A DNA stretch of 64,000 bases from Tubiluchus corallicola (GCA_030141605.1 JAQGDQ010000301.1:124001-188000); one strand, 5' to 3'; counted from the first letter of the stretch, positions 49,901-62,106 are shown. Numbers and translations: made by a program. The notes: generated by a model from the letters alone, not told the origin.

Positions 49901-52570
49901 ACAAAATTGCATATGAAAGTCAAATCACATCTGAGTGAGAATGTAGAGCTTGATTAAAGAGTACACATATGTACCTAACATGTTCTTATTGATTCAACAT
50001 AACATATTTATCAACTAATATGATACATATATACTAATATGTACTTACCATTACGTGAAAAGAGTCATCTAAGTTATAAAGTAGCTTACGACCATAATTA
50101 ATGCCAACAACTGAAATAAGAGATAGTGCAAAATTGTTAGCATTAAAAATATATATAGCTAAGCTTACAAACAGCAGTCTTTTTACATATAAGACAGGCT
50201 TGCAGATACAGTACAATAGAATTTGCATATAAATCGTTAAAGTGACAATAGCCTGTTATATAATTATAGATGCTAATAAATATAAATCATAAAGAGAATA
50301 AATAATTTTTTCATTTGTTGTTAGTGCACAAAGCTTCTAAGAACCTTTCACTAACTATCAAAGGCATCTCCAAATTAGCCTACCAAACTGCATGTGTATA
50401 GTTGTGTATGTGTGCAGTAATAATACACTTTGTATCATGTTCTGCAGATACAGTAATGGCACGTACCTAGCCGTGTTTCTAAACACAAAACAAACCAAAA
50501 CTTGCATAGACATGTATTTCTCATTTAGTCGCTGTGCAGCATAATAGGTGAATGCTTCTCTTGCATGCCAGCCATGACAGCAATTATGCAAAACTTTTTT
50601 TACTTACTTTATAATCCCAGATCGAATGCTTAATGGCAAAGCCTTAACTAACAGAGGTAGTTGCGGCTAGACTGCAATCTAGCTCATTCAATTATAACTC
50701 TCTAAAATGAGATCCTGAAACAGTAGCAGTGTCTACCCCCTTCTGGCTGCATTTTTACTATAGCTTATATACATTATTACAATATACATATATCCTTCCT
50801 CAATGAGGTACATGACATAGCTGGGAAAAATATTGCAAATGAACCTGTACAGGAGATCGTTTTCCGGTAGCCAACCATTTAATAAACAGGCTTGGTGTTG
50901 CTTAAGTTAGATTACCAACTACGATCAACATCCCAGCGACTAGTATAATGTCGAAGATACTTTGTTCATATTACTATTGAGTTGAAATATCTCAGCTAGT
51001 GAACCACAATATTACCTGAGACACCTGAAGCATTTTTGTGTAAAGTGTCAGCAAATAATATCTTCATGTCTTCTGGAAGATACCGAGGACCAACAACTAA
51101 AATAAATCATGTGACCACAGTTACAGCTTTATGTTATTGTAATAAAATTGATAAATATTGGTATTTGCAGTATACAAATCTGGTTTATTACAACACAGAA
51201 GTTTTGAGACTCTCAGTATTTCCTCAGAATAAATTCACAAATTTGAACGGAAATAGTGCAATGATGACTAAAATAAATTAATTATAATAACATTATTTCT
51301 ACTAAGTTCACATCTGTTGTCACTTCTATTATGATCCGATACACTATCGTTAACTTCTGATGGAAGTTAGATGGGAATTGATATGATGTAAGTAATAAAT
51401 TATATCAAATCAGTCGTTCAAATAACACTGACACATTTGCCTTTGCTGAATCTCACAAAGAAGTGCGTTTTTTTAGAAAAATTTGTGCCCTCGCGGGATC
51501 AACTTTATCCTGTGGAGTGCACCGCAAAAACTAGATGAACTGGACATTTGCGAAGAGAGTATACGTTGTGAGAAACCCCAGTCATAGCTAAAAGAAAGGG
51601 TTTCAGATATAGTAATCATCTATTAACGGCCTCATTCACAGTTATACTGAGTCCCACAAAAATCATATAATTCACTAAGAAGAGTTATCTAACAAATAAG
51701 GGGCCATGTTCTTAGGTGAAATCTGAACACCTGCATTAATGCAGCTAAATACCGATTAAGTTAAAGACTTTTCCGTGTCTGACCAACTGCAATGGCAAAT
51801 CTGAAATCTCCAAAAATACGGCTAAATATAGTTAAAGCCTGTTAAAGTAACTAACCCAAAGGATTATCGGCAAAATCAGGAACAGTAGTTACCATCAAGG
51901 CACTTGTGTCATTAGGATTGTCATTTATCTTTACAAGTGTTCTCGGCTCTCGACAAACCATTTCATTTAGATCTGAAAAAAACAGAATTTTAGCAATTGC
52001 TCTGCTGGCACACATCTAAGCCTCTGTGAATTTTAGAAACACAATTGCAAAATGTTTAGTAAATTGTAGCTACACCTGTTTGAAAGATATTACTTTCTCT
52101 CAACTTTACCGTAGTCTAACAGTTAATGTTGGCAGTGTGGCAATGACTTTTCCGTTAACAAAATCTTTGTGATTTTATTACAAATTTATTAGCGAATTAA
52201 TTGTAGAGGTGGTTGCGTCACTTCTCCTGTATCTGTCATGGCAGTAATAATAATAACTGGTCACCAACAACATAAACAGTCTTTTTAGGGACACAATAGC
52301 ATACATTTGTCAGTTCAATGATAGAGACATAGTGACTGAGTAATCAATAAATACTAATGGCACGGCTATTTATAGTAAAGAAAGCAAAGTCGATACTCAA
52401 GGTTATATGAATTTTGTTAACACAATACCTCTAGCCAGGTTGGATATCAAAATGTGCTTAACAAAAGCAAAATGCAATCCTTCCGGTTTATAGATGCAAA
52501 AAAGACCATTCAGGTGCTTAAATGCCTCTGGTGCATAGCTTGTTACTAGTGTAGTAAGTTTACTTGCCAT
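43429..52570 (-). CDS. TRUB2: Mitochondrial pseudouridine synthase TruB family member 2, ~325 aa, 9 coding exons
   Basis: Exons (minus): 52570-52429, 51972-51856, 51096-51016, 50110-50049, 49517-49436, 48640-48568, 47078-46942, 45514-45423, 43620-43429; 978 nt in total. Motifs LNGLFCIYKPEG, GLATDDF, KLDRVISGIQSSHQKA, DLQTQEAYDLAVKGLIRP, IHDIGLQLKSTAHCTQVRRVRHGNF..ALLRKHW match TRUB2. Confidence 0.93.
43876..43967. repeat. Palindrome centred on a (TA)n microsatellite
   Basis: aaaatggcacaaatatatataatta-(TA)n-taattatatatatttgtgccatttt. Confidence 0.9.
45985..46184. mobile_element. Tigger/pogo-like MITE, second copy
   Basis: TA-flanked; caatcaagccttgttata..tataaagaggtttgactg TIRs; same family as 32973-33133. 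Confidence 0.65.
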
Positions 52571-53526
52571 CACTAAAAAGAAAGATTAGAATTTCAGTAC
52601 AAGTACCCTAATACATTAATAATGGCTAACATCTAATAATACTAACTTTCTGATAGTAGATAGCCTTTAACACGTACTTGACATAGCTTATGATCTGTGT
52701 GATGTCATTAGCTAAATAGAAGTGGCTTTATTTTTCAAATGGTGAGTTTAAGGATCGAATCGTTCATCGTAGGTTATACATAGTACAATAGTGAAACACA
52801 AGAACATACTTGCAAAAAAAGACCTCAGTGCTCCTTTAAATTTCAAAACCATACCAACTATGCTGTTGACAAAGCTCAGAGAACACTTTCACTTATCAAA
52901 AGAAATTCCTCCTACCTAAATGGGCCAACGATGACTCAATTATATATGCCGAAGGTTGCATCAACTTTAGCCTAGTAGGCATTGCAGTTTTAAATCCAGC
53001 AAGGTAAGACATGATAAGGCAGACTGAACCATTTCAATGTTGTACCGGTAGTTTCCCAGAATACTACACTTAATCAGACTCACGATGCTAAGGCTGACAT
53101 TAAACTATAGGTGCAAAGGTGAAGAGGCAGGACATGATTCAAACCTTCCACATTCTAAAAAGCTTGACAACATTGATGCTAGCAAACTATTTTCTTATTA
53201 CACATTTTAAGGTACGTGAGGTCATGCACATAAGATCAAGAACAGAGACAGCAGAAACGGGAAACATTTTCAACAAGGGCGGTTAGCGAATGGAAAAAAT
53301 TGCTCAACAGTGTAGTGCAAGCTTCTTGAGTTCTATTTACATGATGCAATTTTGTCGCTTGAGTCAGACTTATATGTCCAAAACTTCCCATGTAAACTGC
53401 ATATGTGATACGATTTTATGACTTAGGCGAATGATGCATGTTCTAATTTCCATGGACATCGTAAGCAGGATGGAAGAATCCTGTAAATCAGGCAAGTGAG
53501 ATTAGGGGTGTAGATGAAAATGACTC

Positions 53527-53820
53527 AGGTAAAAATGGCACAGGAAAAAATGGCTAGGTCAAAATGCCATAGGAAAAAATGGCACAGGAATGGCACAAAT
53601 GGAAAAATAGGTAAAAATGGCACATGAAAACATGCCAAATGGAAAGTAGGTAAAAATGGCACAGGAAAAAATGGCAAGGTAAAAATAGCATAGGAAAAAG
53701 GCACAGGAAGAATGACACCGGAAAGAATGGCACTGGAAAAAATGGCATGGTCAAAATGGCATGAGCAAAAATGGCACAAATGGATAAGTAAGTAAAAATG
53801 GTACAGGAAAAATGGCACAC
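53527..53820. repeat. ~15-bp minisatellite (AAAAATGGCACAGGA-like)
   Basis: Repeated aaaatggcacagg / aaaatggcat units; explains the F/C/H-rich ORFs 53525-53820. Confidence 0.85.
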
Positions 53821-53874
53821 TTAGTAAAATATGAGTTTAGAGTTAAGATTACCATGGGAGATAATTATTTTAGT

Positions 53875-54050
53875 TATTTTTACCTCAGCCAAGGAAACTA
53901 TGCTTCAACACAGTTTGTGCATTTGTCTGGCTGTTTTTTACTATTATGGCGGTAAGCCTATTATGCAACAACTACCAAATGGATTTTTATGAAACTTTGT
54001 GGAGAAGGCGAGTATTGGGGTGCCAAAATTGGGTCACTAAGTTTTTGTAT
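53875..54050 (+). mobile_element. Helentron-associated/DINE-1-like non-autonomous element fragment
   Basis: tttttacctcagccaaggaaactatg..gtttgtgcatttgtctggctg..aactaccaaatggatttttatgaaactttgtgg follows the HINE/DINE-1-type core layout. Confidence 0.5.
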
Positions 54051-54866
54051 AGAAGAACATTTCAGGTATGAGGCATGATGATAAATATACACTCCTGGCC
54101 AAATATAAGAAAGAAGCCAAGGCCAGAGTAATCATCAATAATATAGACAAGCACGAATTATGCAAAAATGTATTAATCTTCTAGCACCACAGAATCGTCC
54201 TCAGAATAATCATTATAGTTAACAGTATAAATATGAAGTTTATACAAGTGTGATTGAATGTCGTCAATTCAGTAACGACAGGTGTTGCACAACAATAGAC
54301 CTATACTTTTTATACAATCATCTCCTCTTGCCTTAACTATCTCATTTTTTCATTCATGTCTGTCAGCAGACTTTCTGTTTTTGAAATTTCGTATAGCCCC
54401 AGTTATTTCCTCATTAGTTCAACAGTCTCAGTGCGTGAAATAAATTCTATTTTTTATATAAGTCATCCACCTCATTTTCAATCATTTGTTCCCTTTGATT
54501 GCCAGATTCATTTTGATTTAATAGGTTAAAGTAATATTGCTCAAAGATATGCAGAAATGCTTCAACGTAGAATTTTCCTTCTCTTACTAAAATGAATTAT
54601 TCACCAGTAAGCTTATCTCCACACGCAGGCTGTACTTCCAAGGAAGATATTACTATTAGTACTGTTCTCTACTCTAGACATAAACTATAGTATATATAAT
54701 ATTACTTATTAGTATACATTATGACTAATTTTACTACTACTACTACAAGGCCTGCATTTCGTCCAAGCGTCAATTTCTTTCCCTTAAATTTCGTATCTGA
54801 TACTCTTCTGTTTTGCTTTTGAGGGTTACAAGGCTTTTTATCATGTTTGTGAGTTCAATAATCTTA

Positions 54867-55120
54867 CTCGACTGTGCAACCAAAGAAGCTGAACCAACAC
54901 ATTATCAGGAGTCTAGGTACAGGAACATGTGATCAGTGTAGAGCGCAGAGTACGCCATTAGCCGTACGGTAATTCCGCTAAAGCGCATGTGCTAAATCTG
55001 CATGTTGGGCGCCATCTAATCCACTAGCCGAAGTAGGACGTGTCGTACATAGGCTGCCCAAGTAGGACTCTAGAGACAGGTCGCGAATTGAGTCGTTAAC
55101 CTTACTGGAACCGTCCATTG
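54867..55120 (-). promoter_or_regulatory. CpG-rich putative TRUB2 promoter and non-coding first exon
   Basis: CpG-dense patch with NRF1-like GCGCATGTGC (54983) and YY1-like GCGCCATCT (55009); a minus-strand donor cga|gtaaga at ~54866 could splice to the acceptor at 52573. Confidence 0.5.
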
Positions 55121-55606
55121 CCCTAGTTTATGTAATAATAATAATTAAAAACGTCAATAAACGTTGAATAATTTATTATACATCCGAAAAAATTTATCCT
55201 GAGCTAGTATAATTATTATTTGCCAATATTAATCTTCTTTGAAATAACACGAACGCTCCTTTTAGGCGATTTCAACATTTGCTTAAGGTATATCATTTTT
55301 TATTTTGTCTTGCTTTACAGACAGGTGATCCTTTTCACTCCTTCTTGGACAAATAATTGTTTTCTACTATGTAAACGGGTTGGCGAGTTATGTGCCCTAC
55401 GTAGTTTCTCTCTTTAAAGCATTAGATACTTAGTTTAATGTTATGATGATATTAATGGAGCTAATAATGATGATTCAATTAGTCTAAAAATACATTTGTA
55501 AATTGTCAAGGACTATCCACCATTGTTATAAAGCTACTTTTTTTCTAAAACAAATTTAGTTTTGTGTTTTATTATGTCATAAATCTCGATTCTCGACAGA
55601 AATTTA

Positions 55607-58068
55607 TTTATTAAACAGTTGCTATTTATTAAACAGTTGCTATTTGTTAAACAGTTGCTATTTGTTAAACAGTTGCTATTTGTTAAACAGTTGCAATTTA
55701 TTAAACAGCTGCTATTCGTTAAATAGTTGCTATTCGTTAAACAGTTGCTATTCATTAAATAGTTGCTTTATTAAACAGTTGCTATTAATTAAACAGTTGC
55801 TATTTGTTAAACAGTTGCTATTAATTAAACAGTTGCTATTTGTTGAACAGTTGCTATTTGTTAAACAGTTGCTATTTATTAAACAGTTGCTATTCGTTAA
55901 ATAGTTGCTATTCGTTAAACAGTTGCTATTCATTAAATAGTTGCTTTATTAAACAGTTGCTATTAATTAAACAGTTGCTATTTGTTAAACAGTTGCTATT
56001 AATTAAACAGTTGCTATTTGTTAAACAGCTGCTATTAATTAAACAGTTGCTATTTGTTAAACAGCTGCTATTTGTTAAACAGTTGCTATTTATTAAACAG
56101 TTGCTATTCGTTAAATAGTTGCTATTCGTTAAACAGTTGCTATTCATTAAATAGTTGCTTTGTTAAACAGTTGCTATTAATTAAACAGTTGCTATTTGTT
56201 AAACAGTTGCTATTAATTAAACAGTTGCTATTTGTTAAACAGTTGCTATTAATTAAACAGTTGCTATTTGTTAAACAGCTGCTATTTGTTAAACAGTTGC
56301 TATTTGTTAAATAGTTGCTATTTGTTAAACATTTGCTATTTGTTAAACAGTTGCTATTTGTTAAACAGTTGCTATTTGTTAAACAGTTGCTATTTATTAA
56401 ACAGTTGCTAATTGTTAAACAGTTGCTATTCAATAACTGTTACAATTTGTTAAACAGCTGCTATTTGTTAAACAGTTGCTATTTGTTAAATAGTTGCTAT
56501 TTGTTAAACATTTGCTATTTGTTAAACAGTTACCCTTTGTTAAACAGCTGCTATTTATTAAACAGTTGCTATTTATTAAACATTTGCTATTTTTAAACAG
56601 TTGCTATTTATTAAACATTTGCTATTAATTAAACAGTTGCTATTTATTAAACAGTTTCCATTTATTAAACAGTTGCTATTTGTTAAACAGTTGCTATTTG
56701 TTAAACAGTTGCTATTTGTTAAACAGTTACTATTTGTTAAACAGTTGCTATTTGTTAAACAGTTGCTATTTATTAAACAGTTTCCATTTATTAAACAGTT
56801 GCTATTTGTTAAACAGTTGTTATTTGTTAAACAGTTGCTATTTATTAAACAGTTGCTAATTGTTAAACAGTTGCTATTCAATAACTGTTACAATTTGTTA
56901 AACAGCTGCTATTTGTTAAACAGTTGCTATTTGTTAAATAGTTGCTATTTTTAAACAGTCTATTTTTAAACAGTGCTATTTTTAAACATTTGTTAAACAT
57001 TTGCTATTTGTTAAACAGTTACCCTTTGTTAAACAGCTGCTATTTATTAAACAGTTGCTATTTATTAAACATTTGCTATTTTTAAACAGTTGCTATTTAT
57101 TAAACATTTGCTATTAATTAAACAGTTGCTATTTATTAAACAGTTTCCATTTATTAAACAGTTGCTATTTGTTAAACAGTTGCTATTTGTTAAACAGTTG
57201 CTATTTGTTAAACAGTTGCTATTTGTTAAATAGTTGCTATTAATTAAACAGTTGCTATTTGTTAAACAGTTTCCATTTATTAAACAGTTGCTATTTGTTA
57301 AACAGTTGTTATTTGTTAAACAGTTGCTATTTATTAAACAGTTGCTAATTGTTAAACAGTTGCTATTAACTTTGTTAAACAGTGCTATTTGTTAAACAGT
57401 TGCTATTTGTTAAACAGTTGCTATTTTAAACATTGCTATTTTAAACAGTTCATTGTTAAACAGTGCTATTTTAAACAGTTGCTATTTTTAAACATTGCTA
57501 TTATTAAACAGTTGCTATTTGTTAAACAGTTTCCATTTATTAAACAGTTGCTATTTGTTAAACAGTTGCTATTTGTTAAACAGTTGCTATTTATTAAACA
57601 GTTACTATTTGTTAAACAGTTGCTATTTGTTAAACAGTTGCTATTTATTAAATAGTTGCTATTTGTTAAACAGTTGCTATTTGTTTAACAGCTGCTATTT
57701 ATTAAATAGTTGCTTTGTTAAACAGTTGCTATTTGTTAAACAGTTGCTATTTGTTAAACAGTTGCTATTCATTAAACAGTTGCTATTTGTTAAACAGTTG
57801 CCATTTGTTAAACAGTTGCTATTCATTAAACAGTTGCTATTTGTTAAACAGTTGCTATTCGTTAAACAGTTGCTATTTGTTAAACAGTTTCCATTTATTA
57901 AACAGTTGCTATTTGTTAAACAGTTGCTATTTGTTAAACAGTTGCTATTTGTTAAACAGTTGCTATTTATTAAACAGTTGCTATTTGTTAAACAGTTGTT
58001 ATTTATTAAACAGTTGCTATTTGTTAAATAGTTGCTATTTGTTAAACAGTTCCTATTTGTTAAACAGT
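55607..58068. repeat. Tandem array of an 18-bp unit (TTTGTTAAACAGTTGCTA), roughly 135 copies, with higher-order blocks
   Basis: Directly visible. Variant units recur periodically (tagttgcttt near 55760, 55938, 56152; caataactgttaca at 56431 and 56879; taccctttg at 56531 and 57020). Confidence 0.98.
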
Positions 58069-58692
58069 GAGTTAGAATAAAGTGTCGTGTTTTTTGCAGG
58101 CAAATTGTACTGAAGTGTATGATGTCATTGTTCTTAGTCTTGTTCTCAACTTTCCTGGAGATCCGAAAACTCGTGGCCATATGCTGAAACGAGCTGCTAC
58201 ACTTTGCCGAATTGGCGGTCACATATTTGTAAGTTCCAGTCGAATTGTTGCATAGAATACTTGTTACTGATGTTACCCTGTATTATTTTTTATACTATAC
58301 AAAAATACATTATAGTATTTTACCACACTTTTTCAGCATCTGCTTAGTTTTTTTGATAATCAAATGCTTGTGCAAAATAATTGAAATATACGCCACACAT
58401 TGTCAACTTATCTTGTTCACCTTTGACTGACAACGGGCCTAGTTGTCTTTTGTTCCTACAGATTGCAAAAAATGGGTCAAATTTAATTTATGTTCACGGT
58501 TTTACAAAAGTGGCTTTTGATTTCATTTTGAAGCTTGTGACTAATACTTAGATGGAGCTTTTTGGGCTTCTCCGTAATTTTATGAAATGTGCAGTAGTAA
58601 ATTTAAGTACAAATAAAAGTTTAAGCATTCTAAGTTAGATTTATTGTTGACTCAATAAATTTACACTTGTTGACAGTTTCTCCAACATTGCA

Positions 58693-58740
58693 TGTGTGTG
58701 TGTGTGTGTGTGTGCGTGCGTGCGTGCGTGTGTGTATGTG
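58693..58740. repeat. (GT)n/(GCGT)n microsatellite
   Basis: Alternating purine-pyrimidine tract. Confidence 0.9.
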
Positions 58741-60607
58741 CACATAAACTTTTTTTATGAAATATAACTGGAATGTTTTTGTAGGTAGTTCTACCTGCAG
58801 CTTGTCTGAAAAACTCTCGCTACCTTACTTCTGAGTTACTTGATTCTATAATGTCAAGTTTAGGTCTAAAAGCCAGAGTGTCACCCTACAGTCAAAAGCT
58901 TGCATACAAAATGTATTGCAAAACTCACAAAGTTCTACAGCTCAGGTAACATCATTTGTATATTGTATTTGATTTATAAATTATGTTGCTTAGCTATTTT
59001 ATTTTATTTATATGGTTGGTTATTCATTGAAACTATTCATTTCTTCATTTATCGATTTGCTAATTTTATTCATTTATTATTCTACTAGTTATGCTTCATT
59101 TTTTTGCAAAAGTGTCGTTCACTTAATTATTTAGATTACTTAACATGTGATTGTGACTTTACCTCTTGCCATGTGCTAAATGTTCATCTATTCTTTTTTT
59201 CATTCATGTAATGATTCCTGGAAATTTACTGTATGTGTGATTTGAGCTTTAAGTCGCTTACCTGCTTAGTACAATCTAATGTAAGATTTGTGACAGAATC
59301 AGAAAATGTTACAAAATTATTGTCTAAAGACTACTATGTAACACAGTCATGTAAAAGATTTTTAGCTCCATTCCAATAATTTTAATTATGTCATTCTTAT
59401 TTCACTATTTTTAGCTTGTTTCACAATAAGGTGATAAAACTACTCTGGACAAAGCTATGTCTATTTGACCCAGAATCTGATTACGTAACAGCCTGCGTAC
59501 TGCAAATGCGTAGAGGGAATAATGGGGCACGGAGCCGCGCAATAGGTATTAAGTCCGAAAATCGGTGGCACATATCCCATAATTTCAGGAATTTTCACAT
59601 TTTGTACTTGCCGTTACCAATTGCCCGCATGTGCTGAATAGCCCGTCTTTTTCTGAAGTTGGCTTTCAACAAGAATGAGATCCAGCACTAAAAACAAGGC
59701 CTATTTAACACAAATGATTGTGGTAAGACAGGAATCTGTACAATATCAAACAAACTCATCTAATATGAAACCATGTAGCCGGCAGGAGGTCTTAGCCAGA
59801 GGTTTGCAAGAGAGTGTTCTCCCAGGATGTTATAGCTCAGGCAGAAAGGAAATGAAACTCCACAATGACAGTTTCTGAACTATTAATAAAACAACTTCAA
59901 CTAGATCTTCTTAGATCTTACTGCTTAGATCTCTTATTAGCTACTTACAGCTTTATACCTCAGACCATGTTATATAAGTCTCCTTGTAGTAACATGACAG
60001 CCTCATTTTCTGTCTGTGTTTATATACCATATCACAAATTGTGTTGAAATTCTGTTCTACAACTTATACTATACATTCTTGTGACAGCCAGAAATTTAAC
60101 CTCAAACCTCTGTGGCGTTCCGGGGCAAGTGTCTACTGCGCATTATTAGTATTGATATTTTGTGCTTTTCGTGTTTTATCTTTTATGCTTATTGTACTTG
60201 TGATTATGTTAACTAAAAATATTAAAACTCCCCAAAACTTCCTCCAATCTGAAGGCAGCACACAGGTGGCAGAGTGCAGCATTTACCTGTAATTACATGC
60301 AAGAGCTTGTGTTTGCTTTAACAGCACTTACATACATTGTAACTATCACCTCACAACTACAAAATATATATACGCTTTAAAGAATATGACTGATCAGTCA
60401 CTCTAATGGTTTTACTTGATAGCACTTTCAATAGATTTAGTGATACAAAAAGGAAAACGCATGGGCAAACCTTTCCTCACTGGGTTAACCACACTTTCTA
60501 CACATTTTACTGCTATGAACTTACATAGATGTACAAGGTGCCCTAAATTTATGCAAAAGCTTGAAAGGTTATAAATTGAAATATAAATTATATTAGAAAA
60601 AATATAC

Positions 60608-61588
60608 CTTCTACAGTTGCAATCTGGTGAAGTTTCTTTTTCCGATGTCTTCTTTCACGCAAAAACAGATACGCACTGCTCACGAGACAAACCAAAATTC
60701 CATTTGGTATTTCAAAAACAACAAAGTTCCACAAGTCACTTAGGTTGTCTACCAGACAGTATGGCAGCATGACTGGCATTTGTGCAGCATATATTACATT
60801 GATATCAGTTGCCAGTCTGAGCAGGAAATAATCAACAAATTCTGGTATGAACCATAACAGCAGTATTAGCAGGAAGCATTGGATATTGCTCACCCTTACA
60901 CTCCCACATTTTCTAGCTAAACAACACAACGCTTCTGAGTCAACAACAACCAGGACAAGAAGTAGGACATTAGACGTCAATCTGGTGGCTTCACTTTCCA
61001 TCCAACAGACGTTAATGCCAGTCTCCAAGTTGCTGCCAGCAGAATTTGCCGCAGTGACAATGAATGCCATAATCAAGACTGTGTTATACAATAGATTTGC
61101 AGAACCTATGACAAGCATGAGGACACATTTGACGCAATTGCTCTTTTTGACCATTTCTTTTCTAACATGTGGAGGGTGTATATGTTGGCCAAGAGGACAA
61201 TAATAATAGCAGCAATTGCTGGATAAAGTATGACTGGGGCTCTAGAATGATGCACTGTTATGAACATATCCTTAGCTGAATGAATGTCCCCACTGTCAAT
61301 GTTGATGCTGTCAAATCTGAGCCCCAATTTAGTGGGAACCTCAGTTTTATGAGATACATTGTGGTAGTTTGGAGATGTGAGATTACTGTCTTCAACTACT
61401 TTTATCAGCTTATTAATGATATTTCTGGCAACTGCTAGTAAACGAAACACATCAGGTTGAATATCATTTTTCAGTGCTGTATACTCATAAGCAGTAATGC
61501 CTACAGATGTTTCATTACTCCCACCAGCTGCACTTGTCACAGGGATTGACAAAGCTCGCAATTCTCCATAACGAATTTCATCTGACAT
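60608..61588 (-). pseudogene. Divergent class-A GPCR-like multi-TM sequence with a one-base frameshift after TM1
   Basis: ORF 61630-61106 gives a long N-terminus and TM1 (ILYPAIAAIIIVLLANIYTL); ORF 61154-60588 continues in the -1 frame with TM2-like (LVIGSANLLY), TM3-like (C..TSNVLLLVLVVVDSEALCC), TM4-like (LLWFIPEF) and TM5-like (FEIPNGILVCL) segments. Acceptor at 61594-61596, donor at 60607. No intact TM6-7 found. Confidence 0.5.
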
Positions 61589-61968
61589 GATGCCTAAAAT
61601 TAAAAAATATATATAATGCAATAATTGCATTTTGCTGTCAAGGCAAACTTAGAAACAAATTGGTGGTGATGCATGTAGCCCTTTGGGACCTAAAAATATC
61701 TAGGTATAATTTCAGATCTGAATATTTGGACGTACCTTACTATTAGTAGTTGTGTGTTAGGTTAACTATGAGCGTCAAGTTAAAATGAAATAAATTTTCT
61801 ATAAAACTCAGGCTGGGCAGTACACAAGAGATTTATTTTTAAGGTCCCAAGTTTGTCGTATTCATTTCCTAGCCGCGTTGAGCTAGCTAGTTTGAGAATA
61901 AACATTCTTTCCGAAGATTACGAGACCAAACCATAAGACGGCTTTTGGTGGCCGCTCAACGACGACCA

Positions 61969-62106
61969 TGTACGACACTGCCTTTCCGCAGTGTGGGGCG
62001 CCGAGTAATCCACTAGCCGAGGTGGGACATTTCTGTTTAAACGCATGTATTAAATTCGGCTAGTGGATTACTCGGCGCTCCACACTGCAGAAAAGCATGT
62101 CGTACA
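61969..62106. repeat. ~51-bp inverted repeat with a 35-bp spacer in a CpG-rich region
   Basis: 61969-62020 tgtacgacactgcctttccgcagtgtggggcgccgagtaatccactagccga pairs with 62056-62106 tcggctagtggattactcggcgctccacactgcagaaaagcatgtcgtaca. Confidence 0.92.

Noticed and set aside
53525-53820. F/C/H/P-rich ORFs
   Set aside because: Translations of the 15-bp minisatellite.
55534-58222. Many ORFs of LNSCYL / KQLLFV / TNSNCL repeats, and a possible CRISPR-like array
   Set aside because: The ORFs are by-products of an 18-bp unit that is a multiple of 3; there are no unique spacers or cas genes, and the context is eukaryotic.
61140-61175. Programmed -1 ribosomal frameshift
   Set aside because: No in-frame XXXYYYZ heptamer and no evident downstream stimulatory structure.
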